The notes under the pieces are model-generated. The model saw only the letters and a list, made by a program, of their open reading frames with translations, was not told the DNA's origin and did no database searches. Below, piece after piece: positions 22,595-36,100 of a stretch of DNA of 64,000 nucleotides. Each line of letters begins with the position of its first letter. Positions within the stretch are counted from its first letter, which is position 1. Origin of the DNA: Auanema rhodensis. Taxonomy: Eukaryota; Animalia; Nematoda. Where the stretch lies: contig OZ059896.1 of the NCBI GenBank assembly GCA_964057225.1, positions 4,030,001 through 4,094,000 of the forward strand, in the 5' to 3' direction. The translations under genes and the position numbers were made by a program.

Positions 22595-25500
22595 CCTTCT
22601 TGATACTTCTTCTTTGCATTTAAAACTTGATTTTACCATGACTTGTTATAACTTTTTTTGAAACCTGTTCATATTTAAAATGTTTACTGATACTCTATAG
22701 TACGTTATATATCTCTTGATAATTTTCTCATTCTTATTTGTATTTGTTGAAATTTCTTCATGTTTTCTTATTGAAAATCCTTCTTGTTACTTCTTCTTTG
22801 CTTTTAATACTTCCCCATGAAATGATATTACCTTTTTTGAAACCTGTTCATATTTTAAATGTTTACTGATACTCTATAATATGTTATACATCTCTTGATA
22901 ATTTTCTCATTCTTATTTGTATTTGTTGAAATTTCTTCATGTTATCTTACTGAAAATGCTTCTTGATACTTTTTTTTGTTTTTAATACTTGATTTTACCT
23001 TGACTTGATATTACTTTCTTTCGTATCATGTTCATGGAATAAATAATAGTTTACTCTAGTATACTTTGTACATCTCTTGATAATTTTCTCATTCTTATTT
23101 GTATTTGTTGAAATTTCTTCATGTTTTCTTATTGAAAATCCTTCTTGATACTTCTTCTTCGCTTTTAATACTTCCCCATGAAATGATATTACTTTTTTTG
23201 AAACCTGTTCATATTTTAAATGTTTACTGATACTCTATTATACGTTATGCATCTCTTGATAATTTTTTCATTCTTCTTTGTATTTGTTAAAATTTCTTCA
23301 TGTTTTCTTACTGAAAATCCTTCTTGATACTTCTTCTCTGCTTTTAATACTTCCCCATGAATTGATATTACTTTTTTTGAAACCTGTTCATATTTCAAAT
23401 GTTTACTGATACTCTATAATATGTTATGCATCTTTCGATAATTTTCTCATTCTTTTTTGTATTTGTTAAAATTTCTTCATGTTTTCTTTTTGAAAATCCT
23501 TCTTGATACTTCTTCTTTGCTTTTAAAACTTGATTTTACCATGATTTGTTATAACTTTTTTTGAAACCTGTTCATATTTTAAATGTTTACTGATACTCTA
23601 TAATACGTTATGCATCTCTTGATAATTTTTTCATTCTTCTTTGTATTTGTTAAAAATTTCTTCATGTTTTCTTACTGAAAATCCTTCTTGATACTTCTTC
23701 TCTGCTTTTAATACTTCCCCATGAATTGATATTACTTTTTTTGAAACCTGTTCATATTTCAAATGTTTACTGATACTCTATAATATGTTATGCATCTTTC
23801 GATAATTTTCTCATTCTTTTTTGTATTTGTTAAAATTTCTTCATGTTTTCTTACTGAAAATCCTTCTTGATACTTCTTCTTTTCTTTTAAAACTTGATTT
23901 TACCATGACTTGTTATAACTTTTTTTGAAACCTGTTCATATTTAAAATGTTTACTGATACTCTATAAAACGTTATATATCTCTTGATAATTTTCTCATTC
24001 TTATTTGTATTTGTTGAAATATCTTCATGTTTTCTTATTGAAAATCCTTCTTGATACTTCTTCTTTGCTTTTAAAACTTGATTTTTCCATGACTTGTTAT
24101 AACTTTTTTTGAAACCTGTTCATATTTAAAATGTTTACTGATACTCTATAGTACGTTATATATCTCTTGATAATTTTCTCATTCTTCTGTGTATTTGTTA
24201 AAATTTCTTCATGTTTTCCTACTGAAGATGCTTCTTGATACTTTTTTTTGTTTTTAATACTTGATTTTACCATGACTTGTTATAACTTTCTTTCGTATCA
24301 TGTTCATGGAATAAATAATATTTTACTCTAGTATATTTTGTACATCTCTTGATAATTTTCTCATTCTTTTTTGTATTTGTTAAAATTTCTTCCTGTTTTC
24401 TTACTGAAAATGCTTCTTGATACTTTTTTTTTGTTTTTAATACTTGATTTTATCATGACTTGATTTTACTTTTGTTGAAACCTGTTCATATTTTAAATGT
24501 TTGCTGATACTCTAGTATACTTTGTACATCTTTCGATAATTTTGTCATTCTTTTTTGTATTTGTTAAAATTTCTTCATGTTTTCTTACTGAAAATCCTTC
24601 TTGATACTTCTTCTTTGCTTTTAAAACTTGATTTTACCATGACTTGTTATAACTTTTTTTGAAACCTGTTCATATTTAAAATGTTTACTGATACTCTATA
24701 GTACGTTATATATCTCTTGATAATTTTCTCATTCTTATTTGTATTTGTTAAAATTTCTTCATGTTTTCTTACTGAAAATGCTTCTTGATACTTTTTTTTG
24801 TTTTTAAAACTTGATTTTATCATGACTTGATATTACTTTCTTTCGTATCTTGTTCATGTAGTAAATAATTATTTACTCTAGTATACTTTGTACATTTCTT
24901 GATAATTTTCTCATTCTTCTTTGTATTCTTAAAAATTTCTTCATGTTTTCTTACTGAAAATCCTTCTTGATACTTCTTCTTTGCTTTTAAAACTCGATTT
25001 TCCCATGAATTGATATTACTTTTTTTGAAACCTGTTCATATTTTAAATGTTTACTGATACTCTATTATACGTTATGCATCTCTTGATAATTTTTTCATTC
25101 TTCTTTGTATTTGTTAAAATTTCTTCATGTTTTCTTACTGAAAATCCTTCTTGATACTTCTTCTCTGCTTTTAATACTTCCCCATGAAATGATATTACCT
25201 TTTTTGAAACCTGTTCATATTTTAAATGTTTACTGATACTCTATAATATGTTATACATCTCTTGATAATTTTCTCATTCTTATTTGTATTTGTTGAAATT
25301 TCTTCATGTTATCTTACTGAAAATGCTTCTTGATACTTTTTTTTGTTTTTAATACTTGATTTTACCTTGACTTGATATTACTTTCTTTCGTATCATGTTC
25401 ATGGAATAAATAATAGTTTACTCTAGTATACTTTGTACATCTCTTGATAATTTTCTCATTCTTATTTGTATTTGTTGAAATTTCTTCATGTTTTCTTATT

Positions 25501-28500
25501 GAAAATCCTTCTTGATACTTCTTCTTCGCTTTTAATACTTCCCCATGAAATGATATTACTTTTTTTGAAACCTGTTCATATTTTAAATGTTTACTGATAC
25601 TCTATTATACGTTATGCATCTCTTGATAATTTTTTCATTCTTCTTTGTATTTGTTAAAATTTCTTCATGTTTTCTTACTGAAAATCCTTCTTGATACTTC
25701 TTTCTGCTTTTAATACTTCCCCATGAATTGATATTACTTTTTTTGAAACCTGTTCATATTTCAAATGTTTACTGATACTCTATAATATGTTATGCATCTT
25801 TCGATAATTTTCTCATTCTTTTTTGTATTTGTTAAAATTTCTTCATGTTTTCTTACTGAAAATCCTTCTTGATACTTCTTCTTTTCTTTTAAAACTTGAT
25901 TTTACCATGACTTGTTATAACTTTTTTTGAAACCTGTTCATATTTAAAATGTTTACTGATACTCTATAGTACGTTATATATCTCTTGATAATTTTCTCAT
26001 TCTTATTTGTATTTGTTGAAATATCTTCATGTTTTCTTATTGAAAATCCTTCTTGATACTTCTTCTTTGCTTTCAAAACTTGATTTTACCATGATTTGTT
26101 ATAACTTTTTTTGAAACCTGTTCATATTTTAAATGTTTACTGATACTCTATAATACGTTATGCATCTCTTGATAATTTTTTCATTCTTCTTTGTATTTGT
26201 TAAAAATTTCTTCATGTTTTCTTACTGAAAATCCTTCTTGATACTTCTTCTCTGCTTTTAATACTTCCCCATGAATTGATATTACTTTTTTTGAAACCTG
26301 TTCATATTTCAAATGTTTACTGATACTCTATAATATGTTATGCATCTTTCGATAATTTTCTCATTCTTTTTTGTATTTGTTAAAATTTCTTCATGTTTTC
26401 TTACTGAAAATCCTTCTTGATACTTCTTCTTTTCTTTTAAAACTTGATTTTACCATGACTTGTTATAACTTTTTTTGAAACCTGTTCATATTTAAAATGT
26501 TTACTGATACTCTATAGTACGTTATATATCTCTTGATAATTTTCTCATTCTTATTTGTATTTGTTGAAATATCTTCATGTTTTCTTATTGAAAATCCTTC
26601 TTGATACTTCTTCTTTGCTTTTAAAACTTGATTTTACCATGACTTGTTATAACTTTTTTTGAAACCTGTTCATATTTAAAATGTTTACTGATACTCTATA
26701 GTACGTTATATATCTCTTGATAATTTTCTCATTCTTCTGTGTATTTGTTAAAATATCTTCATGTTTTCTTATTGAAAATCCTTCTTGATACTTCTTCTTT
26801 GCTTTTAAAACTTGATTTTACCATGACTTGTTATAACTTTTTTTGAAACCTGTTCATATTTAAAATGTTTACTGATACTCTATAGTACGTTATATATCTC
26901 TTGATAATTTTCTCATTCTTATTTGTATTTGTTGAAATATCTTCATGTTTTCTTATTGAAAATCCTTCTTGATACTTCTTCTTTGCTTTTAAAACTTGAT
27001 TTTACCATGACTTGTTATAACTTTTTTTGAAACCTGTTTATATTTAAAATGTTTACTGATACTCTATAGTACGTTATATATCTCTTGATAATTTTCTCAT
27101 TCTTATTTGTATTTGTTGAAATTTCTTCATGTTTTCTTATTGAAAATCCTTCTTGATACTTCTTCTTTGCTTTTAATACTTCCCCATGAAATGATATTAC
27201 TTTTTTCGAAATCTGTTCATATTTTAAATGTTTACTGATACTCTATAATACGTTATGCATCTCTTGATAATTTTTTCATTCTTCTTTGTATTTGTTAAAA
27301 TTTCTTCATGTTTTCTTACTGAAAATCCTTCTTGATACTTCTTCTCTGCTTTTAATACTTCCCCATGAATTGATATTACTTTTTTTGAAACCTGTTCATA
27401 TTCCAAATGTTTACTGATACTCTATAATATGTTATGCATCTTTCGATAATTTTCTCATTCTTTTTTGTATTTGTTAAAATTTCTTCATGTTTTCTTACTG
27501 AAAATCCTTCTTGATACTTCTTCTTTGCTTTTAAAACTTGATTTTACCATGACTTGTTATAACTTTTTTTGAAACCTGTTCATATTTAAAATGTTTACTG
27601 ATACTCTATAGTACGTTATATATCTCTTGATAATTTTCTCATTCTTCTGTGTATTTGTTAAAATTTCTTCATGTTTTCCTACTGAAGATGCTTCTTGATA
27701 CTTTTTTTTGTTTTTAATACTTGATTTTACCATGACTTGTTATAACTTTCTTTCGTATCATGTTCATGGAATAAATAATATTTTACTCTAGTATATTTTG
27801 TACATCTCTTGATAATTTTCTCATTCTTTTTTGTATTTGTTAAAATTTCTTCCTGTTTTCTTACTGAAAATGCTTCTTGATACTTTTTTTTTGTTTTTAA
27901 TACTTGATTTTATCATGACTTGATTTTACTTTTGTTGAAACCTGTTCATATTTTAAATGTTTACTGATACTCTAGTATACTTTGTACATCTTTCGATAAT
28001 TTTGTCATTCTTTTTTGTATTTGTTAAAATTTCTTCATGTTTTCTTACTGAAAATCCTTCTTGATACTTCTTCTTTGCTTTTAAAACTTGATTTTACCAT
28101 GACTTGTTATAACTTTTTTTGAAACCTGTTCATATTTAAAATGTTTACTGATACTCTATAGTACGTTATATATCTCTTGATAATTTTCTCATTCTTATTT
28201 GTATTTGTTAAAATTTCTTCATGTTTTCTTACTGAAAATGCTTCTTGATACTTTTTTTTGTTTTTAAAACTTGATTTTATCATGACTTGATATTACTTTC
28301 TTTCGTATCTTGTTCATGTAGTAAATAATTATTTACTCTAGTATACTTTGTACATTTCTTGATAATTTTCTCATTCTTCTTTGTATTCTTAAAAATTTCT
28401 TCATGTTTTCTTACTGAAAATCCTTCTTGATACTTCTTCTTTGCTTTTAAAACTCGATTTTCCCATGAATTGATATTACTTTTTTTGAAACCTGTTCATA

Positions 28501-31500
28501 TTTTAAATGTTTACTGATACTCTATAATACGTTATACATTTCTTGATAATTTTCTCATTCTTCTTTGTATTTGTTAAAATTTCTTCATGTTTTCTTATTG
28601 AAAATCCTTCTTGATACTTCTTCTTTGTTTTTAATACTTGATTTTATCATGACTTGATATTACTTTCTTTCGTATCTTGTTCATGTAGTAAATAATTATT
28701 TACTCTAGTATACTTTGTACATTTCTTGATAATTTTCTCATTCTTATTTGTATTTGTTAAAATTTCTTCATGTTTTCTTACTGAAAATGCTTCTTGATAC
28801 TTTTTTTTTGTTTTTAATACTTGATTTTACCATGACTTGTTATAACTTTCTTTCGTATCCTGTTCATGGAATAAATAATAGTTTACTCTAGTATACTTTG
28901 TACATTTCTTGATAATTTTCTCATTCTTATTTGTATTTGTTAAAATTTCTTCATGTTTTCTTACTGAAAATCCTTCTTGATACTTCTTCTTTGCTTTTAA
29001 AACTTGATTTTACCATGACTTGTTATAACTTTTTTTGAAACCTGTTCATATTTAAAATGTTTACTGATACTCTATAGTACGTTATATATCTCTTGATAAT
29101 TTTCTCATTCTTATTTGTATTTGTTAAAATTTCTTCATGTTTTCTTACTGAAAATGCTTCTTGATACTTTTTTTTGTTTTTAATACTTGATTTTACCATG
29201 ACTTGTTATAACTTTCTTTCGTATCCTGTTCATGGAATAAATAATAGTTTACTCTTGTATACTTTGTACATCTCCTGATAATTTTCTCATTCTTCTTTGT
29301 ATTCTTGAAAATTTCTTCATGTTTTCTTACTGAAAATCCTTCTTGATACTTCTTCTTTGCTTTTAAAACTCGATTTTCCCATGAATTGATATTACTTTTT
29401 TTGAAACCTGTTCATATTTTAAATGTTTACTGATACTCTATAATACGTTATACATTTCTTGATAATTTTCTCATTCTTCTTTGTATTTGTTAAAATTTCT
29501 TCATGTTTTCTTATTGAAAATCCTTCTTGATACTTCTTCTTTGCTTTTAATACTTCCCCATGAAATGATATTACTTTTTTTGAAACCTGTTCATATTTTA
29601 AATGTTTACTGATACTCTATAATATGTTATGCATCTTTCGATAATTTTCTCATTCTTTTTTGTATTTGTTAAAATTTCTTCATGTTTTCTTACTGAAAAT
29701 CCTTCTTGATACTTCTTCTTTGCTTTTAAAACTTGATTTTACCATGACTTGTTATAACTTTTTTTGAAACCTGTTCATATTTAAAATGTTTACTGATACT
29801 CTATAATACGTTATGCATCTCTTGATAATTTTTTCATTCTTCTTTGTATTTGTTAAAATTTCTTCATGTTTTCTTACTGAAAATCCTTCTTGATACTTTT
29901 TTTTTGTTTTTAATACTTGATTTTATCATGACTTGATATTACTTTTGTTGAAACCTGTTCATATTTTAAATGTTTACTGATACTCTAGTATAATTTGTAC
30001 ATCTTTCGATAATTTTCTCATTCTTCTTTGTATTTGTTAAAATTTCTTCATGTTTTCTTGCTGAAAATCCTTCTTGATACTTCTTCTTTGCTTTTAAAAC
30101 TTGATTTTACCATGACTTGTTATAACTTTTTTTGAAACCTGTTCATATTTAAAATGTTTACTGATACTCTATAGTACGTTATATATCTCTTGATAATTTT
30201 CTCATTCTTCTTTGTATTTGTTAAAATTTCTTCATGTTTTCTTACTGAAAATCCTTCTTGATACTTCTTCTTTGCTTTTAAAACTTGATTTTACCATGAC
30301 TTGTTATAACTTTTTTTGAAACCTGTTCATATTTAAAATGTTTACTGATACTCTATAATACGTTATGCATCTCTTGATAATTTTTTCATTCTTCTTTGTA
30401 TTTGTTAAAATTTCTTCATGTTTTCTTACTGAAAATCCTTCTTGATACTTCTTCTTTGCTTTTAAAACTTGATTTTACCATGACTTGTTATAACTTTTTT
30501 TGAAACCTGTTCATATTCCAAATGTTTACTGATACTCTATAATATGTTATGCATCTTTCGATAATTTTCTCATTCTTTTTTGTATTTGTTAAAATTTCTT
30601 CATGTTTTCTTACTGAAAATCCTTCTTGATACTTCTTCTTTGCTTTTAAAACTTGATTTTACCATGACTTGTTATAACTTTTTTTGAAACCTGTTCATAT
30701 TCCAAATGTTTACTGATACTCTATAATATGTTATGCATCTTTCGATAATTTTCTCATTCTTTTTTGTATTTGTTAAAATTTCTTCATGTTTTCCTACTGA
30801 AGATGCTTCTTGATACTTTTTTTTGTTTTTAATACTTGATTTTACCATGACTTGTTATAACTTTCTTTCGTATCATGTTCATGGAATAAATAATATTTTA
30901 CTCTAGTATATTTTGTACATCTCTTGATAATTTTCTCATTCTTTTTTGTATTTGTTAAAATTTCTTCCTGTTTTCTTACTGAAAATGCTTCTTGATACTT
31001 TTTTTTTGTTTTTAATACTTGATTTTATCATGACTTGATTTTACTTTTGTTGAAACCTGTTCATATTTTAAATGTTTACTGATACTCTAGTATACTTTGT
31101 ACATCTTTCGATAATTTTGTCATTCTGTTTTGTATTTGTTAAAATTTCTTCATGTTTTCTTACTGAAAATGCTTCTTGATACTTTTTTTTTGTTTTAATA
31201 CTTGATTTTATCATGACTTGATTTTACTTTTGTTGAAACCTGTTCATATTTTAAATGTTTACTGATACTCTAGTATACTTTGTACATCTTTCGCTAATTT
31301 TCTCATTCTTCTTTGTATTTGTTAAAATTTCTTCATGTTTTCTTACTGAAAATCCTTCTTGATACTTCTTCTTTGCTTTTAAAACTTGATTTTACCATGA
31401 CTTGTTATAACTTTTTTTGAAACCTGTTCATATTTAAAATGTTTACTGATACTCTATAGTACGTTATGCATCTCTTGATAATTTTTTCATTCTTCTTTGT

Positions 31501-32242
31501 ATTTGTTAAAATTTCTTCCTGTTTTCTTACTGAAAATGCTTCTTGATACTTTTTTTTTGTTTTTAATACTTGATTTTATCATGACTTGATTTTACTTTTG
31601 TTGAAACCTGTTCATATTTTAAATGTTTACTGATACTCTAGTATACTTTGTACATCTTTCGATAATTTTGTCATTCTGTTTTGTATTTGTTAAAATTTCT
31701 TCATGTTTTCTTACTGAAAATGCTTCTTGATACTTTTTTTTTGTTTTAATACTTGATTTTATCATGACTTGATTTTACTTTTGTTGAAACCTGTTCATAT
31801 TTTAAATGTTTACTGATACTCTAGTATACTTTGTACATCTTTCGCTAATTTTCTCATTCTTCTTTGTATTTGTTAAAATTTCTTCATGTTTTCTTACTGA
31901 AAATCCTTCTTGATACTTCTTCTTTGCTTTTAAAACTTGATTTTACCATGACTTGTTATAACTTTTTTTGAAACCTGTTCATATTTAAAATGTTTACTGA
32001 TACTCTATAGTACGTTATGCATCTCTTGATAATTTTTTCATTCTTCTTTGTATTTGTTAAAATTTCTTCATGTTTTCTTACTGAAAATCCTTCTTGATAC
32101 TTCTTCTCTGCTTTTAATACTTTCCCATGAATTGATATTACTTTTTTTGAAACCTGTTCATATTTTAAATGTTTACTGATACTCTATAATACGTTATGCA
32201 TCTCTTGATAATTTTCTCATTCTTATTTGTATTTGTTAAAAT
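22595..32242 (-). repeat. Main 179-184-bp satellite block, T-rich orientation (~53 monomers)
   Basis: Continuous tandem units containing CCTTCTTGATACTTCTTC and GAAACCTGTTCATATTT, with several length and sequence variants. Confidence 0.96.
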
Positions 32243-32654
32243 GTGAAAAAAAATGTGAAGAATTTTCAAGAAATATAAATAAGATCAAACAATTATCAGG
32301 AGATGTATAGAGTATACTAGAGTAAATAAACCACGCCCACATTCCTAACGTCAATGAAAGCCGAACTGTACAAATGCTAATATATTAACTAGTTAGCTAA
32401 ATCTCTCAATATATACATTATATTTATATATATAAGTATAAATATGAAAAAAAAAGAGAAAAAATAAAAATTAAAAAAAATACAACACTAAGAATATTCA
32501 AATTTTCAAAATAGCATAAGCAAGCAATGAAAATCTAAACAATCATATCATTTTAAAAAAAAGAAAGAGCGGTTGTAGTCAGCATCATTACTTCAACTTC
32601 TAATCAACAACAAGCACATAGCACAGATAAGTCAATCACTATTTTATTATTCAA

Positions 32655-32699
32655 TCATATAAATTCAAGACCTTTTCCTCCTTTACCACGTTCAGACAT
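32655..32699 (-). pseudogene. H4: Histone H4 5' fragment, copy 3 (MSERGKGGKGLEFI*)
   Basis: TCATATAAATTCAAGACCTTTTCCTCCTTTACCACGTTCAGACAT is the reverse complement of copy 1. Confidence 0.85.
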
Positions 32700-32741
32700 G
32701 CTGATCAAGCTGTGTGTTGAATAGTAACCCTAGCATCTCCG

Positions 32742-32748
32742 TTATATA
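32742..32748 (-). promoter_or_regulatory. Putative TATA box of H4 promoter, copy 3
   Basis: TTATATA on + (TATATAA on -), with the same spacing to the ATG as copy 1. Confidence 0.6.
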
Positions 32749-33135
32749 CTAGTGCTGTAGAGGTCACCGCGCAAAAACCCATTGTAATCGCCACCAAGCA
32801 TATTGGCGCTTAATTTTGCCGCTCAATTCTAGAAATGTATATTTAAATTTTATATAAACGATAAGAATAACATAAACAACTGTTTATTTGCGAACAAACG
32901 TGGAATAGAAACATGTGAGGCATTAGATATGATCACTGTTGTTGTTATCAACATGAAAGCATAATTAATGAAATTCATAAAAAAAAATAGAGATGGATAT
33001 GGAGTATCAAAGATAGGGATTCTCCTTTACATAAGAGCGAAACATATCATATCAATTATCATTACATAGCAAAAAAAGACAAGACAGACACAGTATTATA
33101 TTATAAATCATTATGAATACATCAAATTTAAATGT

Positions 33136-33151
33136 GGCCCTAAAGAGGGCC
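33136..33151 (-). terminator. Histone 3' stem-loop, copy in right cassette
   Basis: GGCCCTAAAGAGGGCC on + is GGCCCTCTTTAGGGCC on -, intact. Confidence 0.9.
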
Positions 33152-33178
33152 GTTGGGTTGTTGATTAGAAGTTGAAGT

Positions 33179-36100
33179 AAATCTGATAACACAGATTGAC
33201 GCAGCTTAAAAATCCGCATCGAATGCACTATACTACATGGAGAAACGCTCAATACAAAAATTAGTTATGATCGTTTGAAAAATGATGCATTAGTGTATGT
33301 TGAGTTTCCATGTACACTCAACATTGCTTCCAAAAACATTTTGACAAAAAGTTTCCCGAAAAATTTCAAAATAATTTCACAAAAAGTAGATGTTTTTAGA
33401 TTCCTTTTTTCAAGACAAAAACGATGGACATTGTTATTCAACAAAAAAATTAATTCTTCACGGTGAAAATCGAGGATATAAGTGTGAACCTATATCAGTT
33501 GATATCTCGGTGCATTTTTAAGCTAGCGCAAATCTGATAACACAGATCGACGCAGCTTAAAAATCCGCATCGAATGCACTATACTACATTAAGAAAAGCT
33601 TAATACAAAAATTAGTTATGATCGTTTGAAAAATGATGCATTAGTGTATGTTGAGTTTCCATGTACACTCAACATTGCTTCCAAAAACATTTTGACAAAA
33701 ATTTTCCCGAAAAATTTCAAAATAATTTCACAAAAAGTAGATGTTTTTAGATTCCTTTTTTCAAGACAAAGACGATGGACATTGTTATTCAACAAAAAAA
33801 TTAATTCTTCACGGTGAAAATCGAGGATATAAGTGTGAACCTATATCAGTTGATATCTCGGTGCATTTTCAAGCTAGTGCAAATCTGATAACACAGATCG
33901 ACGCAGCTTAAAAATCCGCATCGAATGCACTATACTACATTAAGAAAAGCTTAATACAAAAATTAGTTATGATCGTTTGAAAAATGATGCATTAGTGTAT
34001 GTTGAGTTTCCATGTACACTCAACATTGCTTCCAAAAACATTTTGACAAAAATTTTCCCGAAAAATTTCAAAATAATTTCACAACAAGTAGATGTTTTTA
34101 GATTCCTTTTTTCAAGACAAAGACGATGGACATTGTTATTCAACAAAAAAAATTAATTCTTCAGGGTGAAAATCGAGGATATAAGTGTGAACTTATATCA
34201 GTTGATATCTCGGTGCATTTTTAAGCTAGCGCAAATCTGATAACACAGATCGACGCAGCTTAAAAATCCGCATCAAATGCACTATACTACATTAAGAAAA
34301 GCTTAATACAAAAATTAGTTATGATCGTTTGAAAAATGATGCATTAGTGTATGTTGAGTTTCCATGTACACTCAACATTGCTTCCAAAAACATTTTGACA
34401 AAAATTTTCCCGAAAAATTTCAAAATAATTTCACAAAAAGTAGATGTTTTTAGATTCCTTTTTTCAAGACAAAGACGATGGACATTGTTATTCAACAAAA
34501 AAATTAATTCTTCACGGTGAAAATCGAGGATATAAGTGTGAACCTATATCAGTTGATATCTCGGTGCATTTTCAAGCTAGCGCAAATCTGATAACACAGA
34601 TCGACGCAGCTTAAAAATCCGCATCGAATGCACTATACTACATTAAGAAAAGCTTAATACAAAAATTAGTTATGATCGTTTGAAAAATGATGCATTAGTG
34701 TATGTTGAGTTTCCATGTACACTCAACATTGCTTCCAAAAACATTTTGACAAAAATTTTCCCGAAAAATTTCAAAATAATTTCACAAAAAGTAGATGTTT
34801 TTAGATTCCTTTTTTCAAGACAAAGACGATGGACATTGTTATTCAACAAAAAAATTAATTCTTCAGGGTGAAAATCGAGGATATAAGTGTGAACTTATAT
34901 CAGTTGATATCTCGGTGCATTTTTAAGCTAGCGCAAATCTGATAACACAGATCGACGCAGCTTAAAAATCCACATCGAATGCACTATACTACATTGGGAA
35001 ACACTCAATACAAAAATTAGTTATGATCGTTTGAAAAATGATGCATTAGTGTATGTTGAGTTTCCATGTACACTCAACATTGCTTCCAAAAACATTTTGA
35101 CAAAAATTTTCCCGAAAAATTTCAAAATAATTTCACAAAAAGTAGATGTTTTTAGATTCCTTTTTTCAAGACAAAGACGATGGACATTGTTATTCAACAA
35201 AAAAATTAATTCTTCACGGTGAAAATCGAGGATATAAGTGTGAACCTATATCAGTTGATATCTCGGTGCATTTTCAAGCTAGCGCAAATCTGATAACACA
35301 GATCGACGCAGCTTAAAAATCCGCATCGAATGCACTATACTACATTAAGAAAAGCTTAATACAAAAATTAGTTATGATCGTTTGAAAAATGATGCATTAG
35401 TGTATGTTGAGTTTCCATGTACACTCAACATTGCTTCCAAAAACATTTTGACAAAAATTTTCCCGAAAAATTTCAAAATAATTTCACAAAAAGTAGATGT
35501 TTTTAGATTCCTTTTTTCAAGACAAAGACGATGGACATTGTTATTCAACAAAAAAATTAATTCTTCACGGTGAAAATCGAGGATATAAGTGTGAACCTAT
35601 ATCAGTTGATATCTCGGTGCATTTTCAAGCTAGCGCAAATCTGATAACACAGATCGACGCAGCTTAAAAATCCGCATCGAATGCACTATACTACATTAAG
35701 AAAAGCTTAATACAAAAATTAGTTATGATCGTTTGAAAAATGATGCATTAGTGTATGTTGAGTTTCCATGTACACTCAACATTGCTTCCAAAAACATTTT
35801 GACAAAAATTTTCCCGAAAAATTTCAAAATAATTTCACAAAAAGTAGATGTTTTTAGATTCCTTTTTTCAAGACAAAGACGATGGACATTGTTATTCAAC
35901 AAAAAAATTAATTCTTCAGGGTGAAAATCGAGGATATAAGTGTGAACTTATATCAGTTGATATCTCGGTGCATTTTTAAGCTAGCGCAAATCTGATAACA
36001 CAGATCGACGCAGCTTAAAAATCCGCATCGAATGCACTATACTACATTAAGAAAAGCTTAATACAAAAATTAGTTATGATCGTTTGAAAAATGATGCATT

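Larger units (their letters stand above)
32250..33178 (-). repeat. Histone-derived junction cassette, copy 3 (right arm of the large inverted repeat)
   Basis: Reverse complement of 17728-18668, including the short diverged satellite stub at 32250-32329. Confidence 0.95.

Noticed and set aside
20545-27406. K/I/N-rich ORFs of 60-114 aa in the core
   Set aside because: These are chance open frames in an A-rich satellite whose 179 and 184-bp units break frame.
17728-33178. A single 15.4-kb Foldback-like transposon with ~940-bp TIRs inserted into the satellite
   Set aside because: A simple insertion would leave the flanks in direct orientation with a TSD. Here the flanks are inverted, the symmetry extends into the junction monomers, and no transposase is present.
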